Source: Erysipelothrix larvae (GTDB taxonomy: Bacteria; Bacillota_I; Bacilli_A; Erysipelotrichales; Erysipelotrichaceae). Taken from it: a stretch of DNA of 32,000 bases. Shown here in pieces: positions 1 to 7,857 of the stretch. Below the pieces are notes generated by a model. The model ran no database searches, had not been told where the DNA came from, and saw only the letters and a list, made by a program, of their open reading frames with translations. The stretch spans positions 2,100,001 through 2,132,000 of the forward strand of contig NZ_CP013213.1 of NCBI RefSeq assembly GCF_001545095.1, read 5' to 3'. Positions within the stretch are counted from its first letter, which is position 1. Every line of letters begins with the position of its first letter. Position numbers and translations under genes: made by a program.

Positions 1-940
1 GTGGGTATAAAACTCTATTTCTGTAAAGCTCATATCCCAACTTTTTTGCGAACCGTAAATAATCGTTGTAAATAGAGACTTCATAGTCATTTGCAACTAT
101 GTATGACAACGTTTTTTTATTCAATACCGTAATGTGTTCACTTAAATATTTGTACTTGCCGTTATGAAATTCTTCAAATAATTTAGTTTCTTCGCAACTC
201 AATTTCTTTTGTTTGATGAAATCAATGTTTTTTCTTAAAAATTGTAGTGATACCCCAGCTTCTAAGAAGCAAAAGTCTTGCCTTGAAATACCTAATATCT
301 CTGGAAGAGTCGATTTGCTCCACCTCATAATTTTTGTTTCGTCTAATAAATGGTTCAAACCTTTTTTTACCAGGACTTCTAAGATTGGAATCTTGTCATA
401 TTTGTGTAGGTAATAAAATAATGTATCGGGATAATGATCTGTTCTGTCATACACATATTCTGCAGCACTATATTTGTGACAACTTTGGTTAAGAATTGGC
501 AAATAATCATTGAGAGTTTTCCACGTAATCTGTGTACCGATGTAATAACCACAACTTGCACCTGGTACATATTTATGAAGGTTCACTTTTTTCCACTTTA
601 GACTCCCTGTGTCACTGTTGAAGCTGAATGCTGTATTCGGAAATGTTCCGCTCATTCCTGCGATGATTCCGCTTATTATTTTTTTATTTGAGCCTGCTAG
701 ATATCTAGTTATTTCCCTTGCTTCACGATAAATTTGTTTATTGATGCATCCTTCTTCGAGATAGAAGAGACGGCAAATTAACCGCCCTCTCCAAATCTCA
801 TAAACCTCAAAGATAGTTTTTTTATGAATGCGTTTCTTTCTGCTCGAGCCATACGTTTCTTCTTCCATCCAATATTTTCTAAATGAATTTGCTGTGTATT
901 CCTTTAATTTGAGAGTCGCTAACTTATCTAATAGATCCAT
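1..940 (-). CDS. PcfJ-like protein, N-terminal ~313 aa (the CDS runs off the left window edge and is not in the ORF track)
   Basis: Manual translation of the minus strand from ATG at 940 gives an open frame to position 1 (MDLLDKLATLKLKEYTANSF...YLHKYDKIPILEVLVKKGL...NDYLRFAKKLGYEL). The ATG lies 2 nt after the stop of the PcfK-like gene. The YLHKY..P.LE.L.K.GL and DYLR..KKLGY motifs are recalled as typical of the PcfJ family. Confidence 0.6.
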   Translation of the reverse strand, partial: MDLLDKLATLKLKEYTANSFRKYWMEEETYGSSRKKRIHKKTIFEVYEIWRGRLICRLFYLEEGCINKQIYREAREITRYLAGSNKKIISGIIAGMSGTFPNTAFSFNSDTGSLKWKKVNLHKYVPGASCGYYIGTQITWKTLNDYLPILNQSCHKYSAAEYVYDRTDHYPDTLFYYLHKYDKIPILEVLVKKGLNHLLDETKIMRWSKSTLPEILGISRQDFCFLEAGVSLQFLRKNIDFIKQKKLSCEETKLFEEFHNGKYKYLSEHITVLNKKTLSYIVANDYEVSIYNDYLRFAKKLGYELYRNRVLYP

Positions 941-942
941 AA

Positions 943-1287
943 TTAGAAATCAAACACATCTTCATCTTCGTCCGGAAGCACCAACTCTTCTGTTTTTTGC
1001 ATTGATGTGTCTTTTCCTTTCTTAGGTTCGAAGTCTAGCAAATCCTCATCGTAATAATGTTGGGCCCACCCAAATACCGTTTCATCTTCAACCATTGCTG
1101 CTCCATTCTGTGAGACTTTCTTAGCCTCAGATGTAACGAATTTATACATACCCTCTAAGGATTTGTTTGGCTTGTCTAGAGATTCTGATACGCTAGAATC
1201 CTTCATTGCGTTATCAAGTAAATGTTGTGCAATCCGTACAATACTAGGATGTGTTTCTTTTTCTAAATCAAGTTGGATCTTAAGCAT
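943..1287 (-). CDS. PcfK-like / AcrIIA9-family protein (candidate anti-CRISPR)
   Basis: 114 aa with RBS GAAGGAG. The motif DKPNKSLEGMYKFVTSEAKK...GAAMVEDETVFGWAQHYYDED and the acidic C-terminal tail match my memory of PcfK-like (Pfam PF14058) proteins. It sits between ParB-like and PcfJ-like genes, as is usual for this family. Confidence 0.7.
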   Translation of the reverse strand: MLKIQLDLEKETHPSIVRIAQHLLDNAMKDSSVSESLDKPNKSLEGMYKFVTSEAKKVSQNGAAMVEDETVFGWAQHYYDEDLLDFEPKKGKDTSMQKTEELVLPDEDEDVFDF

Positions 1288-2278
1288 TTTTAATCAACTC
1301 CTTCTCATCGTCACTGACTGGATATTCAAACACTTCCAAGTAGCTGTATAATTTCCCTAAGTCATTGTTTCTTTCGAGAAGTGAATATGCTCCTACAACT
1401 AGATAATTTGAACGGTTCTTAAGCATCCTTTCCTTCGCGCCCTCATTACTTAACTTGTGAGGGTTAGTTAATTCATTAAAAATATTTGAGTCATTTTTGT
1501 AATTTCCATCTATAAATGATTCGTTAATTACTCCAACTGCTGTTGCAACCTGATTTGGAGTGATTTTATTTTTGAACACTTCCGACACAAATTTTTTGCG
1601 CAATCCTCTAGCGATAACACGCATTTCAATTGTTTTTGTTTCTTCTTGTTCAATACTAGTGTCGTTTTGAGTTTCAACTTCTGCTTTTTCAACTTCAGTT
1701 GCTGATGCTTCTTGTTTTGTTTTTGCCTTTTCAACTTCCATCCTAAAATTATTTGTACCGATATGTTTTAATAGAGAGTTTCTAACATCGATATCTTCAA
1801 TCTCTTCTAGAGCGATATAATCATCAATTGTACCTTGCGATTGACGAACCAAATCTTGATCAAGTTCTAGCATCTTCAATCTGCGTTTAACCGTTTTCTT
1901 GCTGAAGCCAGTTTTCTTAGAAATATCAGCCTCAGACATTCCGAGATCAAGACATTGTTGGATGCCCTGCGCCTGTTCATAAGGTGTCAGGTCGCTCCTT
2001 TGCATATTTTCCAAGAGCATTGTCGAATATTGAGTTTTCTCATCCATATCCACGATTGCACATGGCACAGTTTCAAGTCCTGCTAAGATTGCAGCTGCTA
2101 AACGTCTGTGACCGATGATTACTTTATAAACACCAGCAGTCGATGCATTTACAACAGTTAAGTTTTGAAATATTCCATTTTCTCGAATGCTATCTGCTAA
2201 TTCGGTTAAATCTCCCATATCATTTCGTGGGTTTCCTGGATGTGGTACCAATTTATATGTTTCAATTTGCGTGATCAT
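1280..2278 (-). CDS. ParB N-terminal (ParB/Srx nuclease-like) domain protein
   Basis: 332 aa. Motifs are HPGNPRNDMGDLTELADSIRENGIFQNLTV and VIIGHRRLAAAILAG, followed by an HTH-like segment (SKKTGFSKKTVKRRL) and an E/K-rich low-complexity linker. RBS is AAGGAG. Confidence 0.85.
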   Translation of the reverse strand: MITQIETYKLVPHPGNPRNDMGDLTELADSIRENGIFQNLTVVNASTAGVYKVIIGHRRLAAAILAGLETVPCAIVDMDEKTQYSTMLLENMQRSDLTPYEQAQGIQQCLDLGMSEADISKKTGFSKKTVKRRLKMLELDQDLVRQSQGTIDDYIALEEIEDIDVRNSLLKHIGTNNFRMEVEKAKTKQEASATEVEKAEVETQNDTSIEQEETKTIEMRVIARGLRKKFVSEVFKNKITPNQVATAVGVINESFIDGNYKNDSNIFNELTNPHKLSNEGAKERMLKNRSNYLVVGAYSLLERNNDLGKLYSYLEVFEYPVSDDEKELIKNA

Positions 2279-2294
2279 TTGTTTTCTCCTTTTT

Positions 2295-3089
2295 CTACTT
2301 ATCTAGTAGTCTGTAATTTCTTTTTTCGTCGTAAACCAACTCAACATAGTATCCTTTTGACATTTCTTTGATACGGCCAATTACTGCTGAGTTTAATTCT
2401 TTAAAATCATGAAATCCCAATTCTGTTGAGAGGATTGTTGTTAATCTTTTGTTATAACGGTAGTTCAATATTTCAAATGCAGCCTTCACTTCAAAATCGG
2501 ATAATTTATCGAACCCTCTTCCTGTTTTGAATAGGTCATCGATGTATAAGACTTCGCAATTTTTCATTCGATACATGAAACTTCGATAATAATCTGTGTC
2601 GTACCGAACCTCGTTCAATTTATCAACCCAGAGCATGTATTCAACGTCACAGCCGAGTTTTATAAGCTCAACTGCTATAGCAGTGCATAAATGTGATTTT
2701 CCTGCTCCAGACTGTCCTAACATAGAAAACCATTTGCCTTGATAATCGCTTGTGAACTGCAATGCGATTTTTTTCATTTTTGCCTGGAACGGTTCCTTTG
2801 TCGTGAATGCATCGAATGTATACCGTTCAGCAACGCTATCTAATCCACTGGCTTTAAGCCTGCGCATCGCTCTAATACGATTCCCTTCTGGTGTTCTTAG
2901 GTGATATTCATACCCAATCTCATCTTCAAAAGTGATGTAGGTTGGATCATCATCCTCTGTTGCATCGTGATGTCTAAGTTTCATCCCATCTGGAAGATAT
3001 TTGAGCGCACGTTGTCTAGCAATCTCAATTTTTCTTAAATCTTCGTCAGTGAGCTTAAAATGCTTCACTTGAGTGTTTATCTTTTTCAT
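2295..3089 (-). CDS. DnaC/IstB-like AAA+ ATPase (phage helicase loader)
   Basis: 264 aa with Walker A GQSGAGKSHL and Walker B VLYIDDL. It sits directly downstream of the replication-organizer-like gene. Confidence 0.85.
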   Translation of the reverse strand: MKKINTQVKHFKLTDEDLRKIEIARQRALKYLPDGMKLRHHDATEDDDPTYITFEDEIGYEYHLRTPEGNRIRAMRRLKASGLDSVAERYTFDAFTTKEPFQAKMKKIALQFTSDYQGKWFSMLGQSGAGKSHLCTAIAVELIKLGCDVEYMLWVDKLNEVRYDTDYYRSFMYRMKNCEVLYIDDLFKTGRGFDKLSDFEVKAAFEILNYRYNKRLTTILSTELGFHDFKELNSAVIGRIKEMSKGYYVELVYDEKRNYRLLDK

Positions 3090-3747
3090 TTACGCTCCAA
3101 TCTTCATCTTCCCATCTTCTTTCATTCAAGTAAGTGGTTGGCATAGGAATGTATTTTCCGTTTTCCTTTAGCCATTGTTCCGATTTTTTTCTCTTTCTGA
3201 CATCTAGTATGATTTGGTTGAATACACTCGGTTCCTGTTTTAGAATCTTTTTTAGCTTCTCAAATGCATTCTTCCTTTTTTCTTTTCTAGGATACTCACT
3301 CCAAAACTCATTCATATGACCTGTAAAGTCTTGTTTTTCGACTTTAGTATTATTATTAATACTTGTATTATTGTAATTACTTGTATTATTCTCCTTAGCA
3401 TTTCTGCTAATAGGGGTGTTCGCATTTCTGCTAATACCCCCTAAGCAATCCTGCGTATACGTATTAGCAATTCTGATAATACGTTTCTCTATCTGTTTTT
3501 TGTTTTGCTTGTAGATCATTACAACATCGATATAGCCATATTTCTTTAAATTTGCTATGCGCCTAGAGATGGTTGTGATGTGTACGTCATACAAATTTGC
3601 AAAGTATTCGTTAGTTGCCCAACATTCACCACTTGATTGTGTCAGAGCTGTGATTTCCGAATACAATAACTTCTCACTATCCGTTAATCTATTGTCATAT
3701 CTGACGTCTGCAGGTGTTACAGAGTAATAACTTGGATTGTCTACCAT
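3055..3747 (-). CDS. Phage replication initiator / replisome-organizer-like HTH protein
   Basis: Start re-assigned to ATG at 3747 (MVDNPSYYSV) behind AGGAGG. N-terminal winged-HTH motif ECWATNEYFANLYDVHITTISRRIANLKKYGYI. The C-terminal FWSEYPRK...YIPMPTTYLNERRWEDE is typical of phage replication organizers. Confidence 0.7.
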   Translation of the reverse strand: MVDNPSYYSVTPADVRYDNRLTDSEKLLYSEITALTQSSGECWATNEYFANLYDVHITTISRRIANLKKYGYIDVVMIYKQNKKQIEKRIIRIANTYTQDCLGGISRNANTPISRNAKENNTSNYNNTSINNNTKVEKQDFTGHMNEFWSEYPRKEKRKNAFEKLKKILKQEPSVFNQIILDVRKRKKSEQWLKENGKYIPMPTTYLNERRWEDEDWSVNEKDKHSSEAF

Positions 3748-3769
3748 ATAATTTCCTCCTAAAACTATT

Positions 3770-4087
3770 TCAATTCCACTTACACCAAGGCTGATTGAAA
3801 TTATCATCATACCAATACCTTTTAATAACGTTCTCTTGATGTTTTCTAAAGCTATGATATCTCTCGTATTTATTCAAGAACACATAACCCCAAAACTCGT
3901 TCTCGATTCCGTATAAACTCGTGCTGTTAGTGCATATGTTTTGTCCGTTGCAAGTCAAGTATTCTCGATTGTTTTCAAAGTCAATTACATAATCTACTTT
4001 GATACCGATTTGATCGCCAATTGGCTTTAATCGTTCAATCACTTCATTGCGTTTTTTTTCATAATATTCTTTGTCTTTGACGTCCAT
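3770..4087 (-). CDS. Hypothetical phage protein (105 aa)
   Basis: Open frame with RBS AAGGAG 7 nt upstream of the ATG. It is the first gene after the divergent intergenic region. No motif recognised. Confidence 0.6.
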   Translation of the reverse strand: MDVKDKEYYEKKRNEVIERLKPIGDQIGIKVDYVIDFENNREYLTCNGQNICTNSTSLYGIENEFWGYVFLNKYERYHSFRKHQENVIKRYWYDDNFNQPWCKWN

Positions 4088-4152
4088 TTTAGACTCCTTT
4101 TCTGTGACAGATAACCTGTATATTATTTTGAAATTCTTTTATTGCATTTCGT

Positions 4153-4166
4153 CCACTTATAAGTGG
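4153..4166. promoter_or_regulatory. Perfect 14-bp palindrome CCACTTATAAGTGG in a divergent intergenic region (putative operator)
   Basis: Read directly from the sequence. It lies between the minus-strand replication genes and the plus-strand moron. Confidence 0.4.
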
Positions 4167-4255
4167 GTGTGAGTGTATTTTTCTAAAATCATACTTATTA
4201 GGTTTTTTGATACCTAGAAGTGTGGTATATTTATTTAGGAAACGAGGTATTTTTT

Positions 4256-4720
4256 ATGTTCTTAATTGCAGCCGAATCTTCAAACTTTGACTCCACCATT
4301 ACCATTTCAATCGTGTTGGCAATTGTTGCATTGTTTGCACCATCTGTTACTGCCTTTATAAATAACAGACATCTTGCACTTATGAAAAGGATAGAATTAC
4401 AAACACAAATTAGGTCAGACATAATAGATGTAAAGAGAGGATTATATCTGGAGTATATGGAAACATTAGCGGATTATATTGTGACTTTAAATTCCTCTAG
4501 TGGAAACTATGCAGCTAAAATCGAATACAAGAAGCTATATGGACGTGTATTGATATTAGCTGAACCTAATTCAATAAGAACATTAAGAGTAATTGATGAA
4601 ATAGTTGAAAGGCCAGGAGCTCTTTCTAGTCCAGAAAGGAATGAAAAAGCGGTGTTGCTAAACGAGAAAATCTCTGAAATTGCTGAATGTTTAAGAGATG
4701 AATTAAACTTAATTAAGTAA
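4256..4720 (+). CDS. Reverse-oriented prophage moron: single-pass membrane protein with a helical cytoplasmic domain (154 aa)
   Basis: ATG at 4256 lies 8 nt after GAGG. An extended -10 element (TGTGGTATATT) is upstream. N-terminal hydrophobic segment ITISIVLAIVALFAPSVTAFI. It is one of only two plus-strand genes inside the minus-strand early region, the other being the 62-aa ORF at 7654..7842. Confidence 0.65.
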   Translation: MFLIAAESSNFDSTITISIVLAIVALFAPSVTAFINNRHLALMKRIELQTQIRSDIIDVKRGLYLEYMETLADYIVTLNSSSGNYAAKIEYKKLYGRVLILAEPNSIRTLRVIDEIVERPGALSSPERNEKAVLLNEKISEIAECLRDELNLIK

Positions 4721-4846
4721 AATGAATAGAGTTGAAACGACCAATGCGTAATATGGAAACCAAGGCATTGTATTGTTTTTGTCTATTTTTTTTGTAACGA
4801 GTATTGATATTAAAGCGCAGTACGTTACTATTAATGATGCATTCAT
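4709..4846 (-). CDS. 45-aa hydrophobic peptide with two predicted TM segments (not in the ORF track)
   Basis: Manual translation gives MNASLIVTYCALISILVTKKIDKNNTMPWFPYYALVVSTLFILLN. AGGAGGG lies 6 nt upstream and overlaps the recombinase stop. Its 3' end overlaps the convergent plus-strand gene by 12 nt. Confidence 0.45.
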   Translation of the reverse strand: MNASLIVTYCALISILVTKKIDKNNTMPWFPYYALVVSTLFILLN

Positions 4847-4857
4847 AAGTTACCCTC

Positions 4858-5778
4858 CTAAACCATCTTCTCGATGGCCTTTCTGTAATCCTGGCTTGTT
4901 CCACGAGTGTAAATCTGTGTGGTTTGTATCGATTCATGGCCCATGATATCTGCTAACTGAGTGATGGATGCATTACCATTAACCTGGACGAATCTAAATC
5001 CGAAATAGTGCCTTAATGCGTGAGGATGCACTTTGCTTTTGTTGATCTTGCAACAACCAGCAATACGCTTTAAACCAGCGTATATATCGTCATAACTTAG
5101 AGATAGTATCGGACCTGATTCTATCTTTTTTTCTTTTGCATATTTTCTCAGGTCTCTGGCCAACTCTTGCGGCATCGGAACAGTCCGCCATTTTCCTTTG
5201 TTGTTGACTTCAACCGATAATTTCCTTGTCTTGATATTCTCAACAGTGATAAACTCTCGTTCTGCGACTCTCAGGCCCATTTCCGACATGATGCGAATAA
5301 TGAAATACATCTGCATATTTACCTTTTTGGCCCTGTTTCTTAATCGGACCACTTCATGGTCGTACAAGCGGTCATCTAGTACGTTCACGGTCTGCTGTTT
5401 AGTCTTAGCAACTGTTAGGTTGCCCAAGTCACAAAAATGCAAGAAACGGTTGATTGTGGTTATATAGTTGTTGATGGTCGATACCTTGGTATACTTCTTT
5501 TGAAGGTCTTCCTTGAATTTAATAACATCTTGCTTTTCGAGTGGATCATCATCCTTTGTATACGTTTCAACAAACCACTTTGCATTGCGGTAGTATTTGT
5601 CACGCGATTTTTCAGCAAACTCCGCATTCACAAGGGCCTTATGATACAATTCAAGATATCTTTCAAAATCTTCTATATACAGTTCACGCTCTTCACTCAA
5701 TTTTTCATCAATGATGCGCCTTTGGTCTAATAAAAACTGACGATTTGATTCCTTATTAAGATTTTTCGGTTTTCCCAT
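4858..5778 (-). CDS. Tyrosine-type site-specific recombinase (second recombinase of the element)
   Basis: 306 aa. Motifs are GLRVAE (box I Arg), HALRHYF, and GHESIQTTQIYTR with the catalytic Tyr. RBS is AAGGAG. Confidence 0.85.
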   Translation of the reverse strand: MGKPKNLNKESNRQFLLDQRRIIDEKLSEERELYIEDFERYLELYHKALVNAEFAEKSRDKYYRNAKWFVETYTKDDDPLEKQDVIKFKEDLQKKYTKVSTINNYITTINRFLHFCDLGNLTVAKTKQQTVNVLDDRLYDHEVVRLRNRAKKVNMQMYFIIRIMSEMGLRVAEREFITVENIKTRKLSVEVNNKGKWRTVPMPQELARDLRKYAKEKKIESGPILSLSYDDIYAGLKRIAGCCKINKSKVHPHALRHYFGFRFVQVNGNASITQLADIMGHESIQTTQIYTRGTSQDYRKAIEKMV

Positions 5779-5790
5779 GCAACCACTCCT

Positions 5791-6045
5791 TTACTCTTTT
5801 TTCTTGACATCAAATAAAATTTCCATGAGACGGATTCCTTTGTCCGTGAGTTGATAGCAGGTTGATGTATCAGGACAAGTAAATTTTCGAGCAAATCCCC
5901 ACTCTACTAATTCATCCCAACTATCACTTCCGTCAGCATCTAACTCAAACGAGTTCCGATACATCATTGGAAGGCCTTGTATAGTTCCAATTCCCACACA
6001 CTGCTTCATGTCCTGCAGTTGATCAAACGTAAATCTAATCTCCAT
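5791..6045 (-). CDS. Hypothetical phage protein (84 aa)
   Basis: RBS AAGGAG; overlaps the upstream gene by 11 nt; no motif recognised. Confidence 0.55.
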   Translation of the reverse strand: MEIRFTFDQLQDMKQCVGIGTIQGLPMMYRNSFELDADGSDSWDELVEWGFARKFTCPDTSTCYQLTDKGIRLMEILFDVKKKE

Positions 6046-6667
6046 AACGTATCTCCTTTATTGGCCCTTCATATAGAAGATTGAAGTTGCCATCATCAAG
6101 AATGTTTGGGTACACCTTATTAGCATCAACTAGAAATTCCAGCATTGAACCGTCGTCACTTGTGCATCCTTGATGCTTGATATCAGCAATTCTTATGCGC
6201 AGTGTGACGTTTTCTAGTACGATTGTTAAGTCAGTGCCGATAGGGCCATATTCTTTACTCATAGCCACTAGAAATCGTCCATCCTGGACAAGTATTCCAT
6301 GAGTGCTGATTGAGAAACCTTTTTGCAGCAAAGCGAATTGATTGCTAGTTTCGTCAGTTATTTCTCGATAGTCCATGAACGATTTAAACGTTGAATTTGG
6401 CGCGCATACAGAGATGTTTGAGCCTAACTTTGATAAATACTCAACTTCTGCTAAATCACGCTCTAAAGCGTTCTGTTCGCTTTTAGCAACCTCGATAAGT
6501 TGTTGACTCTTTTCAAGTGATGCATCCACTTCCATTTGCAATTTGATGTTGTTTTGTTGTAAAATGAATATGAACAAAAGCATTAAAACCGCAATTGTTG
6601 AGAACACCGTATAGCCTGCAAGCATGAGTGTTCTTTTTTTTATTACCTTACTAGATTTCATTGCCAA
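6035..6667 (-). CDS. Membrane-anchored protein with a coiled-coil and a C-terminal globular domain (210 aa), function unknown
   Basis: RBS AGGAGG. N-terminal TM segment LMLAGYTVFSTIAVLMLLFIFIL, then a coiled-coil segment. The C-terminal SFMDYREITDETSNQF...DGRFLVAM resembles proteins I recall from Firmicute mobile elements. Confidence 0.65.
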   Translation of the reverse strand: MAMKSSKVIKKRTLMLAGYTVFSTIAVLMLLFIFILQQNNIKLQMEVDASLEKSQQLIEVAKSEQNALERDLAEVEYLSKLGSNISVCAPNSTFKSFMDYREITDETSNQFALLQKGFSISTHGILVQDGRFLVAMSKEYGPIGTDLTIVLENVTLRIRIADIKHQGCTSDDGSMLEFLVDANKVYPNILDDGNFNLLYEGPIKEIRYGD

Positions 6668-6857
6668 TCCTCCTGGGTACCTTGATAAATGAATCTCTAA
6701 AACTTTGTTGATCTAATCTATACGATTTTCCATTAAATTCAATGTAAGCCCTGTGCAGCGCTTCAAACTTTAATATGACAATTTCACCCTCAATGATTAA
6801 ATAGGGGTTTCCTTGGCCGTCCAAGACACTTACATGTTCTTGTGCTTCGTATTTCAT
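6651..6857 (-). CDS. Hypothetical phage protein (68 aa)
   Basis: Its ATG overlaps the antirepressor stop (ATGA), which suggests translational coupling. Confidence 0.5.
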   Translation of the reverse strand: MKYEAQEHVSVLDGQGNPYLIIEGEIVILKFEALHRAYIEFNGKSYRLDQQSFRDSFIKVPRRIGNEI

Positions 6858-7564
6858 TTCGCATCATGTCCTTCTGTTACGATTTTCCTAATATATGCTA
6901 AACCCTTTTGATAAACCAACGTCTTAAAGTTAATTCTCACTTCTCCGTCAGGTGTCGTGTATTTTGTTTCAATCACTCTAAAATGACGAGAATCACAGTA
7001 TTTTTGATAAGGAAGGTTGTTTTTCATCAGGATTCCCTTATCCCTTAGTAATTCAAATAATTTGTTCCGCCCTAATCCTGGAATATTTAATGTTTTAGCA
7101 ACCTTTCCCATTTCAATTGCATCTTTGCTTGATGCGACTTGATCAAAGAATTCAACTTTTGGTTGCATCTCTTTCATTTCGATTTCTAGAGTGCTTAGTT
7201 CTTTCTTTGCAAACTCTAAAGCTCTGGCCATGATTTTCTCTGGTGTGTTCCATGATTTTTCAACTTCAATGAAATATTTGCGTGCTTGCATTCCTTTATC
7301 GTTACGTTGAAGCATGGAAATTTGTTTTGCGCAGTCTATGGTTAGTTGATAGTCTTGAATTTCTCTTTTGACCTCACGATTTCCTTCGGTTCGAACCTGC
7401 TCTTTTTTGAGCGGGTTGAAATCCTCGCCTCCAACAAAACCGTATTCGATCATTCTAGGGAACCAATCCTTAAACTGCGTTCCAATTTCTAAGAAGAAAT
7501 GCAACTCTCTTGCGCTGACTGTAATTCTGTTATTTGTTGCTTCAATTGGTATTAAATTACTCAT
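6854..7564 (-). CDS. Phage antirepressor (AntA/Rha-type N-terminal domain plus KilA-C domain)
   Basis: 236 aa. N-terminal ITVSARELHFFLEIGTQFKDWFPRMIEYGF. C-terminal AIEMGKVAKTLNIPGLGRNKLFELLRDKGIL...PYQKY is typical of KilAC. Confidence 0.8.
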   Translation of the reverse strand: MSNLIPIEATNNRITVSARELHFFLEIGTQFKDWFPRMIEYGFVGGEDFNPLKKEQVRTEGNREVKREIQDYQLTIDCAKQISMLQRNDKGMQARKYFIEVEKSWNTPEKIMARALEFAKKELSTLEIEMKEMQPKVEFFDQVASSKDAIEMGKVAKTLNIPGLGRNKLFELLRDKGILMKNNLPYQKYCDSRHFRVIETKYTTPDGEVRINFKTLVYQKGLAYIRKIVTEGHDAK

Positions 7565-7653
7565 AGTAATTTCCTTTCTTTTATAAGAAAATAATGTTAT
7601 CTATTTTCAATTTGTTATATGGTAATCTTCCCCTATAGAAAGGGGGTGTAGAA

Positions 7654-7842
7654 ATGGGAAAATCTTTCGAAGATTTTATCGAATGGCTTGAGTCTAGCGG
7701 GAAAAAAGCGGAATTCGATAATGTATTAAGCGATTCGACAGACAGTCAAGGTAATGTAGAACTAACAAATGACTTGATGATCGGATTACATAGTTTGCCA
7801 CTAGAATATGTTCGCGCATACCACGAATGGCTAAACAAATAA
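7654..7842 (+). CDS. Small acidic protein (62 aa), reverse-oriented within the early region
   Basis: RBS AGGGGG 7 nt upstream of the ATG. The sequence is rich in D/E. A short hairpin and a T-rich tract follow the stop. Confidence 0.5.
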   Translation: MGKSFEDFIEWLESSGKKAEFDNVLSDSTDSQGNVELTNDLMIGLHSLPLEYVRAYHEWLNK

Positions 7843-7857
7843 AACGGAGGCACCTAT

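Noticed and set aside
1-11. GTGGGTATAAA at the window start resembles the 11-bp repeat GTGGGTATACA at 10091
   Set aside because: It lies inside the PcfJ-like coding frame and matches only 9-10 of 11 positions. It is probably coincidence and cannot be the left att site, because the element continues leftward.
1528-1734. 68-aa Lys-rich ORF in an alternative frame inside the ParB-like gene
   Set aside because: It arises from the low-complexity GAA/AAA-rich linker of the ParB-like CDS. It has no RBS and an implausible composition.
4088-4860. Idea that the internal recombinase inverts the moron segment (an inverton)
   Set aside because: I found no flanking inverted repeats by eye. There is only an internal perfect palindrome (4153..4166) and an imperfect direct repeat (GTATATTATTTT and GTATATTTATTT). 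It is kept only as a hypothesis to test computationally.
4713-4937. 74-aa minus-strand ORF overlapping the recombinase 3' end
   Set aside because: It overlaps the recombinase CDS by 80 nt and lacks an RBS. A different frame (4709..4846) has a strong SD and a membrane-peptide-like product, so that frame was reported instead.
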